From positions 480,001 through 544,000 of the forward strand of contig OY829846.1 of the NCBI GenBank assembly GCA_963691875.1: a DNA stretch of 64,000 bases. Direction: 5' to 3'. A program made the translations under genes and the position numbers. Shown here one piece after another: positions 54,615-64,000 of this stretch; positions within the stretch are counted from its first letter, which is position 1; every line of letters begins with the position of its first letter. The notes under the pieces were generated by a model that worked only from the letters and a program-made list of their open reading frames with translations, had not been told where the DNA came from and searched no databases. This DNA is from Aureliella sp. (GTDB lineage: Bacteria > Planctomycetota > Planctomycetia > Pirellulales > Pirellulaceae).

Positions 54615-55346
54615 GTCTTTGGCTTACTTTCTGCAGCAGTTTTGTAGTGTTTGGGGGGCGACTACTAACTTCAGCGGGAAGCAAACCGGTCTTTTATAGA
54701 CTTTTTTGGGCCATGTTTTATTCGGCACTTCGCCTCGGCGCATTCCAGGCAACAACTCCTTAGCTCAAAGCTTCGTGGCTAATCACAGGAGATGTCCTGA
54801 TTTCGACTGACATGGAAAATGTTCGCATTAATCGTGTGGATAATGACCGGAAGAGGCTGGTCGTCCGCTGAAATTGATTTACCCTCGAGTGAGTCACGAA
54901 CATACCAGGCATCGGAATACAAAGAGCGTGTGCTGGTACGATGGATCGTTCACATACGAGAAAACTGGGAAGCTATCGCTCGCACCAGGCAGCAATTAGG
55001 AAAGCACAGCAGACCAAATCGTTGGTCAGCCGGTGTCCCGAATACGTGGAACAGGCTCGGCAATCAGCGGACCAGATCAACGCGGACTTGTATCTAGGAA
55101 ACGGGCTACTCAGTGAGCTTTGAATGGCCTAACAAGCCGAAAGACGAATCGGAGACACGTGATAGACTGCTCTCCTTTTTCTCCATTTGGGATTGTGATT
55201 GCCCTAACAAGATTCCAAGGAGCAAATAAGACTTTCCACTAGCGACGTAAGTTGTTGATGAGAATGGCGCTCAGTTCAGTGAGCCTGTGTGCGTAGGGAG
55301 TATGTTTCGCGGAGGTGGTAAGTTGAGCCGGTCAATCGTTGATGAC

Positions 55347-57068
55347 TTAAGGGGTTTTATTTGCGTTCAAAAGCTTTCTAACGGCGGACAGGAGATGTTG
55401 TGTTCGAAAGGGCTTTTGCAGAAACATAATGGAACCAGCTGATTCCAATTGCTGTGGCGATTCCTCACTGTAACCGGAGATCATAAGTATTTTTGCTGAT
55501 GGTCGCTGCTTCCGAAAGATTGGAATCAGCTCTTTTCCACCCAAGCGAGGCATGATCATATCTGTAATCAACAGGTCAATTTGTTCCTCTTGCATCTCGC
55601 TCAAAATAGCTAGAGCTTCTTCACCGTCCTGCGCGGAATGAATCTGGTAACCCTTTCGCTTGAGGACTTCGGTAATTATTTTCCTCACGGGCTGTTCATC
55701 CTCAACGACCAGAACCGTTTCGGTTCCTCGAAGCGAATCGTCGGGACGGTTCTCGTTAGCAATTTTATCATGGGTAGACTCGCTTAACGGCAAGAATACG
55801 CAGATGGATGTTCCCTGTCCTGGCTCGCTCTCAATCTTCACGCCACCATTGGATTGCTTGACAATTCCGTAAACCGTTGACAGCCCTAAGCCGGTTCCTT
55901 TGGAAACATCCTTAGTTGTGAAAAAGGGGTCAAACGCTTTAGCTTGGATTTCCTCTGACATTCCGCAGCCAGAATCAATTACTTCCAAAGCCGCGTACTT
56001 GCCCGGTGTCAGGCTCAACCACTCGGAATCCGATTCGCTTAATGTTCTTTCAGACGTTTGAATGAGGATTCTTCCATTACCCTCGATCGCATCTCTCGCA
56101 TTGATAACGAGATTCATCACTATCTGACTAATCAAGGTCGGGTGGGACGTGACCACGAGCGGTGAAACCGAAAGTTCCGAGTGGAAATCAAGTTCCTCGG
56201 GAATCATCCGGTGTAGCATGTGATTAGTTTCACCAACGTGTTCATTCAAATCGACCGGCAGAAGTTCTAGCGGCTGTTGCCGATTCAACATTAACAATTG
56301 CGCTGTCAAGCCAATCGCACGTTCGGCAACGCGTTGGATCTGTGAAGCACTTTCGCTGACAAGTGCAGGATCATCACTACAATCCTGAATCAACTCACTG
56401 TAGCCTAGGATGGCGGTCAGAACATTGTTGCAGTCATGCGCTATCCCTCCCGCTAAACGCCCGATCGCCTCCATTTTTTGAGCGGTTCTCAACTGGGTGT
56501 CGCTTTGCTTGAGCGCTGCTTCCGTTTCTTTCTGCTCTGAAAGATCCCGTATGTACGCGGTGAAAATTTGCTGGCCTGCGATTCGGTCCGGGGTAATCGC
56601 TAATTCAACGGGAAAGATTTCCGAGTTGGACCTCATCGCAGTGATTTCGATACGTTGGTTTAGAACCGGACCCTCGCCGGTATGCAGGTAGTTTCTAACG
56701 CCCTCAGAGTGAGCCGCACGCAACTCAGGCGGAATGATAAGACCCGCCATCGGTTTCCCCAAAACATCCTCTCGAGCATAGCCGAAAGTACGCTCCGCAG
56801 CTGGATTGAACTCGATAATTCGGCCATCGGAATCAATGGTGATAATACAATCCAGAGCCGAATGTAGCAGCGACTCTCTGCCGCGCCTTATTCTGGCAAT
56901 TTCATTATCCTGGCTGTCAACTAATGGCGAAATCGGCTCGAGGTTTTTTAGACGCTCGCGCAAAAATGTAACTTCATTCTTGAGCTTACGAAATTCTGAT
57001 TCTTTGAGTTCCACTGACAGCTCTCCCCGGAGAGGGTTTTCCCTAATCGGGCGTCGTTTACTAATCAC
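55347..57068 (-). CDS. PAS-domain hybrid sensor histidine kinase/response regulator
   Basis: PAS (FNPAAERTFGY), QKMEAIGRLAGGIAHDCNN, NLVINARDA, FDPFFTTK, GTGLGL, receiver VVEDE...TDMIMP...KP. Confidence 0.95.
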   Translation of the reverse strand: MISKRRPIRENPLRGELSVELKESEFRKLKNEVTFLRERLKNLEPISPLVDSQDNEIARIRRGRESLLHSALDCIITIDSDGRIIEFNPAAERTFGYAREDVLGKPMAGLIIPPELRAAHSEGVRNYLHTGEGPVLNQRIEITAMRSNSEIFPVELAITPDRIAGQQIFTAYIRDLSEQKETEAALKQSDTQLRTAQKMEAIGRLAGGIAHDCNNVLTAILGYSELIQDCSDDPALVSESASQIQRVAERAIGLTAQLLMLNRQQPLELLPVDLNEHVGETNHMLHRMIPEELDFHSELSVSPLVVTSHPTLISQIVMNLVINARDAIEGNGRILIQTSERTLSESDSEWLSLTPGKYAALEVIDSGCGMSEEIQAKAFDPFFTTKDVSKGTGLGLSTVYGIVKQSNGGVKIESEPGQGTSICVFLPLSESTHDKIANENRPDDSLRGTETVLVVEDEQPVRKIITEVLKRKGYQIHSAQDGEEALAILSEMQEEQIDLLITDMIMPRLGGKELIPIFRKQRPSAKILMISGYSEESPQQLESAGSIMFLQKPFRTQHLLSAVRKLLNANKTP

Positions 57069-57559
57069 TGCGATTCGCTAGTGTTTCGAGTCGACACAAC
57101 AAAACTTCCAAATTGCTTTAATGCTATTAACTTAGCTCGGTTCCATCCTTCTTGTTCCTTGACTATTACTTACGCCGCAAAATACGCACAGCAACTCGCG
57201 CCATTTATAGCGAACTTACCGCGCAGCCTCGAATAAGCGTTCGCGGTTCGCTTGAGCCTCGAGCGCGTAAATGATCGCCAAGAAATGGCTTGCAGGTTGT
57301 TTCTCTTCACCGCTGAAAAGGTATCCTGCCGTTTTTTTAACTAGCCAATTGGTTGTAGATGCGGCGGTATGTTCAACAGTTGGCAGTATCACTAAGAGCT
57401 GCACGATGCCATGCCGTTACTATAACGCATGGTAGTGTTCCGTTGGCAGTGTGCGGACCTTGCTTCGTTGTCCAGTTGGTTCGACGTTGGTCGCACTTGC
57501 ATCACGGAAGTCGTCGTCCCAATCTCGTGCTTGGCTCAGTACTAGCTCGGAAATGGAAT

Positions 57560-59239
57560 TCAGAACGACCAATCAATGGGCGTCTTTGCTTTGATGAGTT
57601 TTTGGACCTGTTCGATGGACCGCAGGACTTCACTCTTCGTCGCATTCTTACTAGCCATGAACGCGGCTATTACACCAGCAGCAGTTCCACTGGACCACTC
57701 GACGGGGTGTACACGTGTGGCAGAATTTGCCATGAAGCTCTGAGCCATTGTCTTTCCGGCCACCAGCAAGTTGTCGAAGTCGCGGTGCGTTAGAGCTCGA
57801 AAGGGAATGTAAAAAGGGCGAGTCTCGCGATGCTCTTTGATGTGACTCGGGTAAATTTGATTGTCTAAAAAGTGAACATCGGCGGGGTAGGAACCAATGG
57901 CGATGCAATCATGAAACGTTTTTCCCGTCTTCGAACGTGCGTCTCCGGTCAAGTCATTGATCGTCAGAATAAAACCATCTAGTCCGATGGACCGTCGTGT
58001 ATCACGAATATAAGGCAGTTTGCTCAATCCGTGAGAAGTGCCTAATACCCCATATTCTAAACTGATCTGTTCGGGAGCAAATTCTTCAGGAGCATTGCGT
58101 TTTAACCAATGACGCCAAGCATATGCTCGATTCTCAGCTGCAGCCATCACCCTCAGGTCGACCCCGCCTTGCCAGTCATTAACGGTCTCGGCTGTATCTT
58201 TTCGGGTCAAAATAATGTAGCCGAAGGGATAGTCATTTCCACCGTTCTTGACTCGAGGTTCATAACCCCAGTTCTGCAGTGTGATATCGCCGGCGGTCGG
58301 GCCCGAGCCGTTGCCCAGTAACCTACGGTAGGTCCAGATCTTCCGCCATGCGTCGACCCGCTCCGCGAACTTTCCTAGGCCGAGTCCAACTGCCTGGACC
58401 TCTGGGGCACGATCGCTTGAAGCCGCCGCATGCAATCTTTGGGCAAACCCAAAGACAACTGACTGGCCGCAGCGATCGTTGCCGTCTAGCTCTCCTTCGC
58501 GCAGCTCTACACCTTGCAAATAGGAACTTCCAGAAAGGGCCAGGAGTTCCCCCCATTCGGTAGCGTCAACGAAGACGACGGACTTACCTCCGCTGATCCG
58601 AATAATCTCTTTATTGAACCGCTCGGAGGGCACGCGCGAGTACCAGTCGGGAATCTCTGTTGATGGTAATGCGGAGTAGCTGCGTTCCGGATGGTTGGCG
58701 GTGCGCCGAATTGCCGTTAAGGCCAAGAGTCGCTGACCGTCTATTTCTAATTCCTTTACAACAGTTTCCCTGAGGATCACGAGGCGGCTTGAGTGTCGTT
58801 TGACTTCGGGTTCCAAATGATTCTCAAGTAAGCTCTTGGGTTGGTAACAGAAGCGACTTACCCAGCCCCGTCCTGGGTTCCCGATTTGTTTCAATGCATC
58901 TCGCAAGATAGGCGGCATGTTTCGAGGATCGCGAGCAATTTTGGCAACGTCGAGAACAACTTCGCCTGTTTGTTTCTCGACGATATTATGCCACGCTTCG
59001 TCGACGGGAGGGACGCCGCTAGACGTAAGCTGTCCGCCGATCCAGTCTGTCGGCTCAATCAACACTGTGTCGGCGCCAGAATCTGCCGATGCAATCGCGG
59101 CGGCCAGCGCCGCTGTCGAACCCCCGGCGATGACCACGTCGGCGGTGATTTCACGCTTGGTCGCGGTTTGAGCCACTGTAACATCACACTGAAGAGCAAG
59201 CACTGCGGAGCAGCAAAAGAAACTTCTGAGGAGACTCAT
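57560..59239 (-). CDS. Probably secreted FAD-dependent oxidoreductase
   Basis: DVVIAGGSTAA, IEPTDWIGGQLTSSGV, DATEWGELL, PYIRDTRR, FYIPFRAL, NLLVAGK, RVHPVEW. Start 59239 or 59299. Confidence 0.85.
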   Translation of the reverse strand: MSLLRSFFCCSAVLALQCDVTVAQTATKREITADVVIAGGSTAALAAAIASADSGADTVLIEPTDWIGGQLTSSGVPPVDEAWHNIVEKQTGEVVLDVAKIARDPRNMPPILRDALKQIGNPGRGWVSRFCYQPKSLLENHLEPEVKRHSSRLVILRETVVKELEIDGQRLLALTAIRRTANHPERSYSALPSTEIPDWYSRVPSERFNKEIIRISGGKSVVFVDATEWGELLALSGSSYLQGVELREGELDGNDRCGQSVVFGFAQRLHAAASSDRAPEVQAVGLGLGKFAERVDAWRKIWTYRRLLGNGSGPTAGDITLQNWGYEPRVKNGGNDYPFGYIILTRKDTAETVNDWQGGVDLRVMAAAENRAYAWRHWLKRNAPEEFAPEQISLEYGVLGTSHGLSKLPYIRDTRRSIGLDGFILTINDLTGDARSKTGKTFHDCIAIGSYPADVHFLDNQIYPSHIKEHRETRPFYIPFRALTHRDFDNLLVAGKTMAQSFMANSATRVHPVEWSSGTAAGVIAAFMASKNATKSEVLRSIEQVQKLIKAKTPIDWSF

Positions 59240-59306
59240 CACGCTGTGTAACAGCTTGTATCTCAAGACTCTTGGTGTTTCTGCGTTTGCTAATCGCATG
59301 CGAGGA

Positions 59307-59645
59307 CTATGCGGGCTCAGGCAGGACCTGACCTGTTTCGGCGTCGACGCTGTGGAGACGCGTGAGCTCAGCGCCGTCTTCGTTTGTCGACTTAAGAGAG
59401 ACCAGCCAGTAGGGTTGCTGCGGAACATTGGCTGCTACCATTGCGCTCCGGACTTCCGGATCATCGACACCATTTTCGCCGTATAGCTTGTTGTGAAACT
59501 CGTTCTGCCGCTTGATCTTTTCGGAATCGAAAAGCACGGCTGAGCATTTCGTCCCTGGTTGGATGTTTCCGAAATGCTCAATGACAATCATGATGGCAGC
59601 CTTCTGATCAATTTCGCGGATAGCTCTCTCCTTTTTCCAATGCAA
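59307..59645 (-). CDS. Hypothetical protein
   Basis: Compact hydrophilic ORF, co-oriented between pdxA and the oxidoreductase. Confidence 0.6.
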   Translation of the reverse strand: MHWKKERAIREIDQKAAIMIVIEHFGNIQPGTKCSAVLFDSEKIKRQNEFHNKLYGENGVDDPEVRSAMVAANVPQQPYWLVSLKSTNEDGAELTRLHSVDAETGQVLPEPA

Positions 59646-59940
59646 GCATGAGGTTCAATCAGTGAGTGGATAGCGTTCGTCGAAATTGCCGCGGGCCCAC
59701 AAGTTGCTGTTTCAACGCGACGTGTCCGACTCGGATCACTCAACCAGTTTGAAACAGTGGTTAACGCTGTCCCTTGTTTTTCGTTGACGAATGGCGGAGT
59801 ATGTCCCTATAGAACAAGTCGTCTATTTTGCCAGAACGCTGGGAGGTCGAGATTTCTGGCGGATCGCACGGCCAGCGACCGAACCGCTGGCTTGCCAAGC
59901 GTCTCACACGCTGTGAAAATTTCTTCACTTGTTACTTACC

Positions 59941-60984
59941 TTAACGTGCAAGCGAAGCAGCGAGGTTCAATGCTGCAAAAAGACTACTGGGATCAGGAAG
60001 GCGATCGCATTCGTTGGGTTTCTTCCAGGCGATATCAAACGCGGTTCCATGATCCACGCTGGTGCGGATGACTCGAAGTCCGAGGCTGGTATTGACAGCT
60101 TCGTCAAAGGCCAACGCTTTCACTGGAATGTGCCCTTGGTCGTGATACATACATACAAAGGCATCGGTTTGGGCACGTCGCCATGGCAAGAAAGCGGTGT
60201 CTCCAGGCACCGGGCCTATTATCTCAAGTCCTTCCGATCGTAATTCCTTAATCGCTGGAATGATGATCGCTTCTTCTTCGCCATTCCCGAACAGGCCGCC
60301 CTCCCCTGCATGAGGATTCAAGCCGCAGACCACTAACCTTGGTTCCCTGCCGTGGATGAGTCTCATTGCTTCGGCGGTTAACGAAATCGTGTCATACACT
60401 CTTTGTCGAGTTAATAACTCAGGGACTTCGTGGTAGCCGACATGAGTTGTTGCGAAGGTACATGTGATCTCCTCGCTGAACTGCATCATGCACCAACGTT
60501 CCGGAGCGTCTAAGTTGGCGCATCTCTCGGCGAACATTTCGGTGTGTCCCGGGTAGTCTAATCTCGCAGCCAACAAGGCCGCTTTGTTGATGGGGCACGT
60601 CGTGACTGCATCAATCGTCCCGTCCATCGCGAGATCGATGGCTGCTTGGATAAAGTCAAAGCTGGCCTTACCACAAGCGTTCGACACCTGACAGGTTTCG
60701 AATCGTTCAAGGTCGCATGTCGGAACATCAATGAAAGTACAGGTTGGTGACGTCGATTTTGCAGCGTCGCGAAACTCTGGCAGACTGAGAAGCTCGATTG
60801 GCGGCGTTTCGGAACCGGCGAATGCAATCTGCCTTTCGAGTACCGCGCGGCTTCCAAGTACTACGAGCTGAAGTTTCTCAGCTAATTTCTTGGACTGCAG
60901 GGCGCGCAGGACGAGTTCTGGGCCGACGCCAGCCGGGTCGCCCATCGTGAGTCCAATGGTGGGTAGAGGAGATTGGTGCGTCAT
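59941..60984 (-). CDS. pdxA: 4-hydroxythreonine-4-phosphate dehydrogenase
   Basis: TMGDPAGVGPE, PINK, PGHTE, GLNPHAGE, MYHDQG, RTSVDHGTAFDIA. Confidence 0.95.
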   Translation of the reverse strand: MTHQSPLPTIGLTMGDPAGVGPELVLRALQSKKLAEKLQLVVLGSRAVLERQIAFAGSETPPIELLSLPEFRDAAKSTSPTCTFIDVPTCDLERFETCQVSNACGKASFDFIQAAIDLAMDGTIDAVTTCPINKAALLAARLDYPGHTEMFAERCANLDAPERWCMMQFSEEITCTFATTHVGYHEVPELLTRQRVYDTISLTAEAMRLIHGREPRLVVCGLNPHAGEGGLFGNGEEEAIIIPAIKELRSEGLEIIGPVPGDTAFLPWRRAQTDAFVCMYHDQGHIPVKALAFDEAVNTSLGLRVIRTSVDHGTAFDIAWKKPNECDRLPDPSSLFAALNLAASLAR

Positions 60985-61272
60985 GGATCGGAAATTAGCT
61001 GTTCAGCCTAGGATGTTTTCCTTTCTCTACGAGAAAGCATGCTGTGTCTTCATCGGTGCAAAAGTCTGCCGAGCCATACACTCTGATTCGACCAAGACTT
61101 CTGCCGAAGGCCACTACGGCCAGTCCGTGGCAAGCGGTATAATCGGTTCGGTGGCAGCCAAGCACGTTCATTTGAGGGATCGGAACTCGGCCAAGCCGCT
61201 ATTATGGAGTTTTTGTTTTGTAGGTCGATGTGTGCCTCTGGATTGTAGGCATCACCCTAAGGGACGGTTGTC

Positions 61273-61680
61273 ATGTCGATTGAAATGCAGCTCGCAAGAA
61301 TCATTATCAGCGAGATTAGCGAGAATCAAGTGATCTATCTGCGGGAAGTCGACGGAGATCGTGAGTTTCCGATCTTGATCGGCATTTTCGAGGCTACAAG
61401 TATTGACCGACGTGTGAAGGATGAGTTCAGGCCTCCGAGGCCGCTAACTCACGATTTGGTTGTCTCGGTAGCGGAGAATCTGGGTGGAGCTCTGGAATCA
61501 GTCGTGATCAGCGACCTTCAAGAACACACCTACTTTGCTAAATTGATGTTGCGAAAAGATGACGAAATAATCGAAATCGACGCAAGACCGAGCGACGCTA
61601 TCGCGATTGCGGTTTCGATGGAACCTGCGATTCCAATCTACGTCTCTGACGAAGTTTTAGACGAAGCTTGCAGCGGCTAG
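61273..61680 (+). CDS. Bifunctional nuclease family protein (DUF151)
   Basis: FPILIGIFEATSI, PRPLTHDL, YFAKL, IDARPSDAIAIA, PIYV. Confidence 0.93.
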   Translation: MSIEMQLARIIISEISENQVIYLREVDGDREFPILIGIFEATSIDRRVKDEFRPPRPLTHDLVVSVAENLGGALESVVISDLQEHTYFAKLMLRKDDEIIEIDARPSDAIAIAVSMEPAIPIYVSDEVLDEACSG

Positions 61681-61683
61681 TGG

Positions 61684-61703
61684 TGACGCAAATCGAAGTG
61701 TCA
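61684..61703. promoter_or_regulatory. Candidate operator TGAC-N12-GTCA upstream of the WYL regulator
   Basis: TGACGCAAATCGAAGTGTCA inverted repeat in the 84-bp intergenic gap. Confidence 0.3.
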
Positions 61704-61764
61704 AGGGAATGGCATTCGAATCCCACCGCTGAGTTGGCTGAAAGAGTCACAAGGAAGTATAGGC

Positions 61765-62781
61765 GTGGCGCGCAACGAACAACTCATTCGACAGCACAAG
61801 ATCCTGCAAGTCCTCGAGCGGCTCCGTTTCGGCGCAACATTGGATGAGCTTCGCGACGCAGTTGTAGACGAACTTGGCCTGACTTCTCTGCACACTCGTA
61901 GTATTCGTCGCGATCTGGAGGCGCTCACTGCAGCTGGAATGCCAGTCGTGGATGAGGAGAATCAACGTGGGCGAGTTTGGAAGCTAAGTCGTAGTGATAA
62001 AGGGCTTCACAAACTGGCGATCACCTCCTCCGAACTGATTGCACTTTCGATGGGCCGCGACTTGCTGCTACCACTTGTCGGCACGCAGTTTTGGATCGGC
62101 ATTGAGTCGTTCTGGAACAAAGTTCGCGAGCAACTGCCTGACAGTGTATTCGAACACTACGAACGCTATCGTCGCACGCTTTACGTTTCAGGAATTCCAA
62201 CGAAGAGCTATGAGAAGCACCAGGGCATCTTAAAGACGATCAACCGAGCGATTCAAGAACACCGGCACTTGGAGATGGAATACCAAGTACCCGGACGGTC
62301 GCCGACGTATCGGAAGATTCAGCCCTATGGCGTCGTGCTCTTTCAATCAAGTATTTACGTGGTCGCGAGCGAGGCGAAAACCGATGAAGATTCGGACAAG
62401 CTGCGTCACTGGAAGTTAGATCGGTTCTTGTCCGCCAAAGCGCTCGATGAATGGTTCAAGCCGCATCCCGACGTGGACTTGCAAGCTCACTTGGGCCAGA
62501 CGGTCGGAATTTTTAGCGGCGTTGAAGCTCAGGAGTACGTGATCCGACTTTCTGAACAAGCAGCACGTTGGCTGGAGGAGGATCCGTGGCATGCAGAGCA
62601 GCAGCTCGATGAGAATCCCGACGGCACTGTCACGCTACGTGTTCGGGCTTATCATGACATGGAGATTATCCAACGCGTCATGCGTCTCGGCGGCGAAGCG
62701 GAAGTACTCGCACCAATGCGCTGCCGAGAAGCCATGATTGACACGATCATGCAGCTCACGAAGATGTACAAAGTAGAGTAA
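61765..62781 (+). CDS. WYL-domain transcriptional regulator (wHTH-WYL-WCX)
   Basis: RSIRRDLEAL (HTH), RKIQPYGV...IYVVA...RHWKLDRF, C-terminal GGEAEVLAP. Confidence 0.92.
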   Translation: MARNEQLIRQHKILQVLERLRFGATLDELRDAVVDELGLTSLHTRSIRRDLEALTAAGMPVVDEENQRGRVWKLSRSDKGLHKLAITSSELIALSMGRDLLLPLVGTQFWIGIESFWNKVREQLPDSVFEHYERYRRTLYVSGIPTKSYEKHQGILKTINRAIQEHRHLEMEYQVPGRSPTYRKIQPYGVVLFQSSIYVVASEAKTDEDSDKLRHWKLDRFLSAKALDEWFKPHPDVDLQAHLGQTVGIFSGVEAQEYVIRLSEQAARWLEEDPWHAEQQLDENPDGTVTLRVRAYHDMEIIQRVMRLGGEAEVLAPMRCREAMIDTIMQLTKMYKVE

Positions 62782-63404
62782 TCGCTTCGGTAAGTTGTTG
62801 AACTGGCAAGATGTCAAAGCGTTTGCAGCGGCAGGATGCTATGGAGTACTCAATCGTCTGCAGGCATATCTGCAATCATCCGTTCTTCAGCACAGACTAA
62901 TCGGTGCACAACGTTTACCTGGATTTCTATTGATCCATGGACTGCGATGCAACTCGGCTCTCAAGGTACTTGGAAATGATTGCGTTTCGGTCTGGGCACG
63001 ACACGTCATTCAACGCCAAGTCACTGGACAAGCGAACCGGTCCGCCAACTCGTTGAACGTCTGTATTCGTTGGCTCAAAGTCAATCAACACTGATCGACG
63101 CATTGCATCGAACATCTCGCGACCTTACCTATGTTTGTCATGATCTTGTGAGATTGCGTCCTAATCAGCAGACCAAGAAGCGTCGTTACGACGGATATGG
63201 TCAACTTGCCGCTCTCCCGCGTGCCTTGCGTATTCTGGGGGCCTGTAGCCAGTCATTGGTTCGCCGCAAAGCAATCGGCAAAGCGATTACGAGCACAACT
63301 AACGTAATAACAATGCTCGCCAGCTTGGCGAGTTCTGGCGCGAGATCATTGATTTGCCTTCTACCGGATGGTTGTCAGTTGCAACTAGAACCATTGGCGA
63401 GAGC

Positions 63405-64000
63405 CTAATCACGCACTTTCTTTGCTCGGCCCTGAGTCCAGAGTCTTAGGCCTTCGAGGCGTTGCTGGGCTCGAACGAAATACTCTTCGCCCAAAGTAGA
63501 TAAGTATTGGGAGAACAACTTGCCCGTTTTAGGTCGCCAATTCGGGTCTTTGGTTTCAAACCATCCCTCTTCAAGGACTCGAGCCGCGACTTCTTTGCCC
63601 AAAATTTGGTGGCCTTCTACCGAAGGATGAATGTGATCGACAAGCCAACGGTTGCCGACAATCCCGTCTTCGCTGCGCGACTCGAAGAGTTCGTTAGCAT
63701 CAAGGCTTGGAATCTTAAGTCTTTGAAGGGTGCTCCGGATCTGAGTTCGAATTGCAACGGTCGCACGAAGCGGAACGACGTCATGGTTCGAGGCATTTAC
63801 CAAGAAACTCTTCGCTACTTCGGAATCCGATCGCGCAAGAGCCAGCTGCCCGGCCAGGTAATTTGCCCCCGCGTGATACGGATCGAGATCCAAAGCGATT
63901 TGAACTGCCTCCCAGGCCTCATCTGCATCACTACTCTTGCAGGCAAGATTCCAAGCAACTTTGAACTTAGCGAGCGCAGATGCATCTAGTTCACGTGACG
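63405..64000 (-). CDS. SGNH/GDSL-hydrolase + TPR protein, C-terminal part (5' end outside window)
   Basis: Frame open to the window edge; TPR-like ALDLDPYHAGANYLAG; DHIHPSVEGHQIL (DxxH). Confidence 0.8.
   Translation of the reverse strand, partial: SRELDASALAKFKVAWNLACKSSDADEAWEAVQIALDLDPYHAGANYLAGQLALARSDSEVAKSFLVNASNHDVVPLRATVAIRTQIRSTLQRLKIPSLDANELFESRSEDGIVGNRWLVDHIHPSVEGHQILGKEVAARVLEEGWFETKDPNWRPKTGKLFSQYLSTLGEEYFVRAQQRLEGLRLWTQGRAKKVRD

Noticed and set aside
62795..63408. Several overlapping short ORFs between the WYL and SGNH genes
   Set aside because: Conflicting frames with no motifs; none can be supported.
1..64000. CRISPR arrays, tRNA, rRNA, known riboswitches
   Set aside because: None recognised on reading; a weak or short element could have been missed without Infernal or CRISPR-finding tools.

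Overview
Bacterial DNA, very probably a planctomycete (Pirellulales-like). Evidence: a LESLEER-type export leader, a PVC-type CxxCH heme protein and planctomycete-type integrase relics. Layout: (1) 1-3434, a large secreted GH18 + GH5 + Calx-beta + CBM2 enzyme on the minus strand that runs off the window and is missing from the ORF track. (2) 3.8-6.6 kb, nested IS relics. (3) 6.8-41.5 kb, a minus-strand Wzx/Wzy exopolysaccharide locus with GT2s, PssD/PssE, acetyltransferases, a pyruvyltransferase-like and an FrhB-like protein, a deacetylase, two WbaP paralogs, Wzc, exosortase/EpsI, a VPLPS-CTERM substrate and a giant TPR protein. It is riddled with IS3-family and IS256 scars and pseudogenes and appears to be built from duplicated modules. 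(4) 42.7-45.5 kb, a divergent rfbB - epimerase/reductase - rfbA operon without rfbC. (5) 46-64 kb, mixed genes: CxxCH protein, beta-helix protein, SMI1/KNR4, PAS hybrid kinase, FAD oxidoreductase, pdxA, DUF151 nuclease, WYL regulator and a partial SGNH/TPR protein. No rRNA, tRNA or CRISPR array was seen. All family calls come from recognising motifs by eye; no searches were run.
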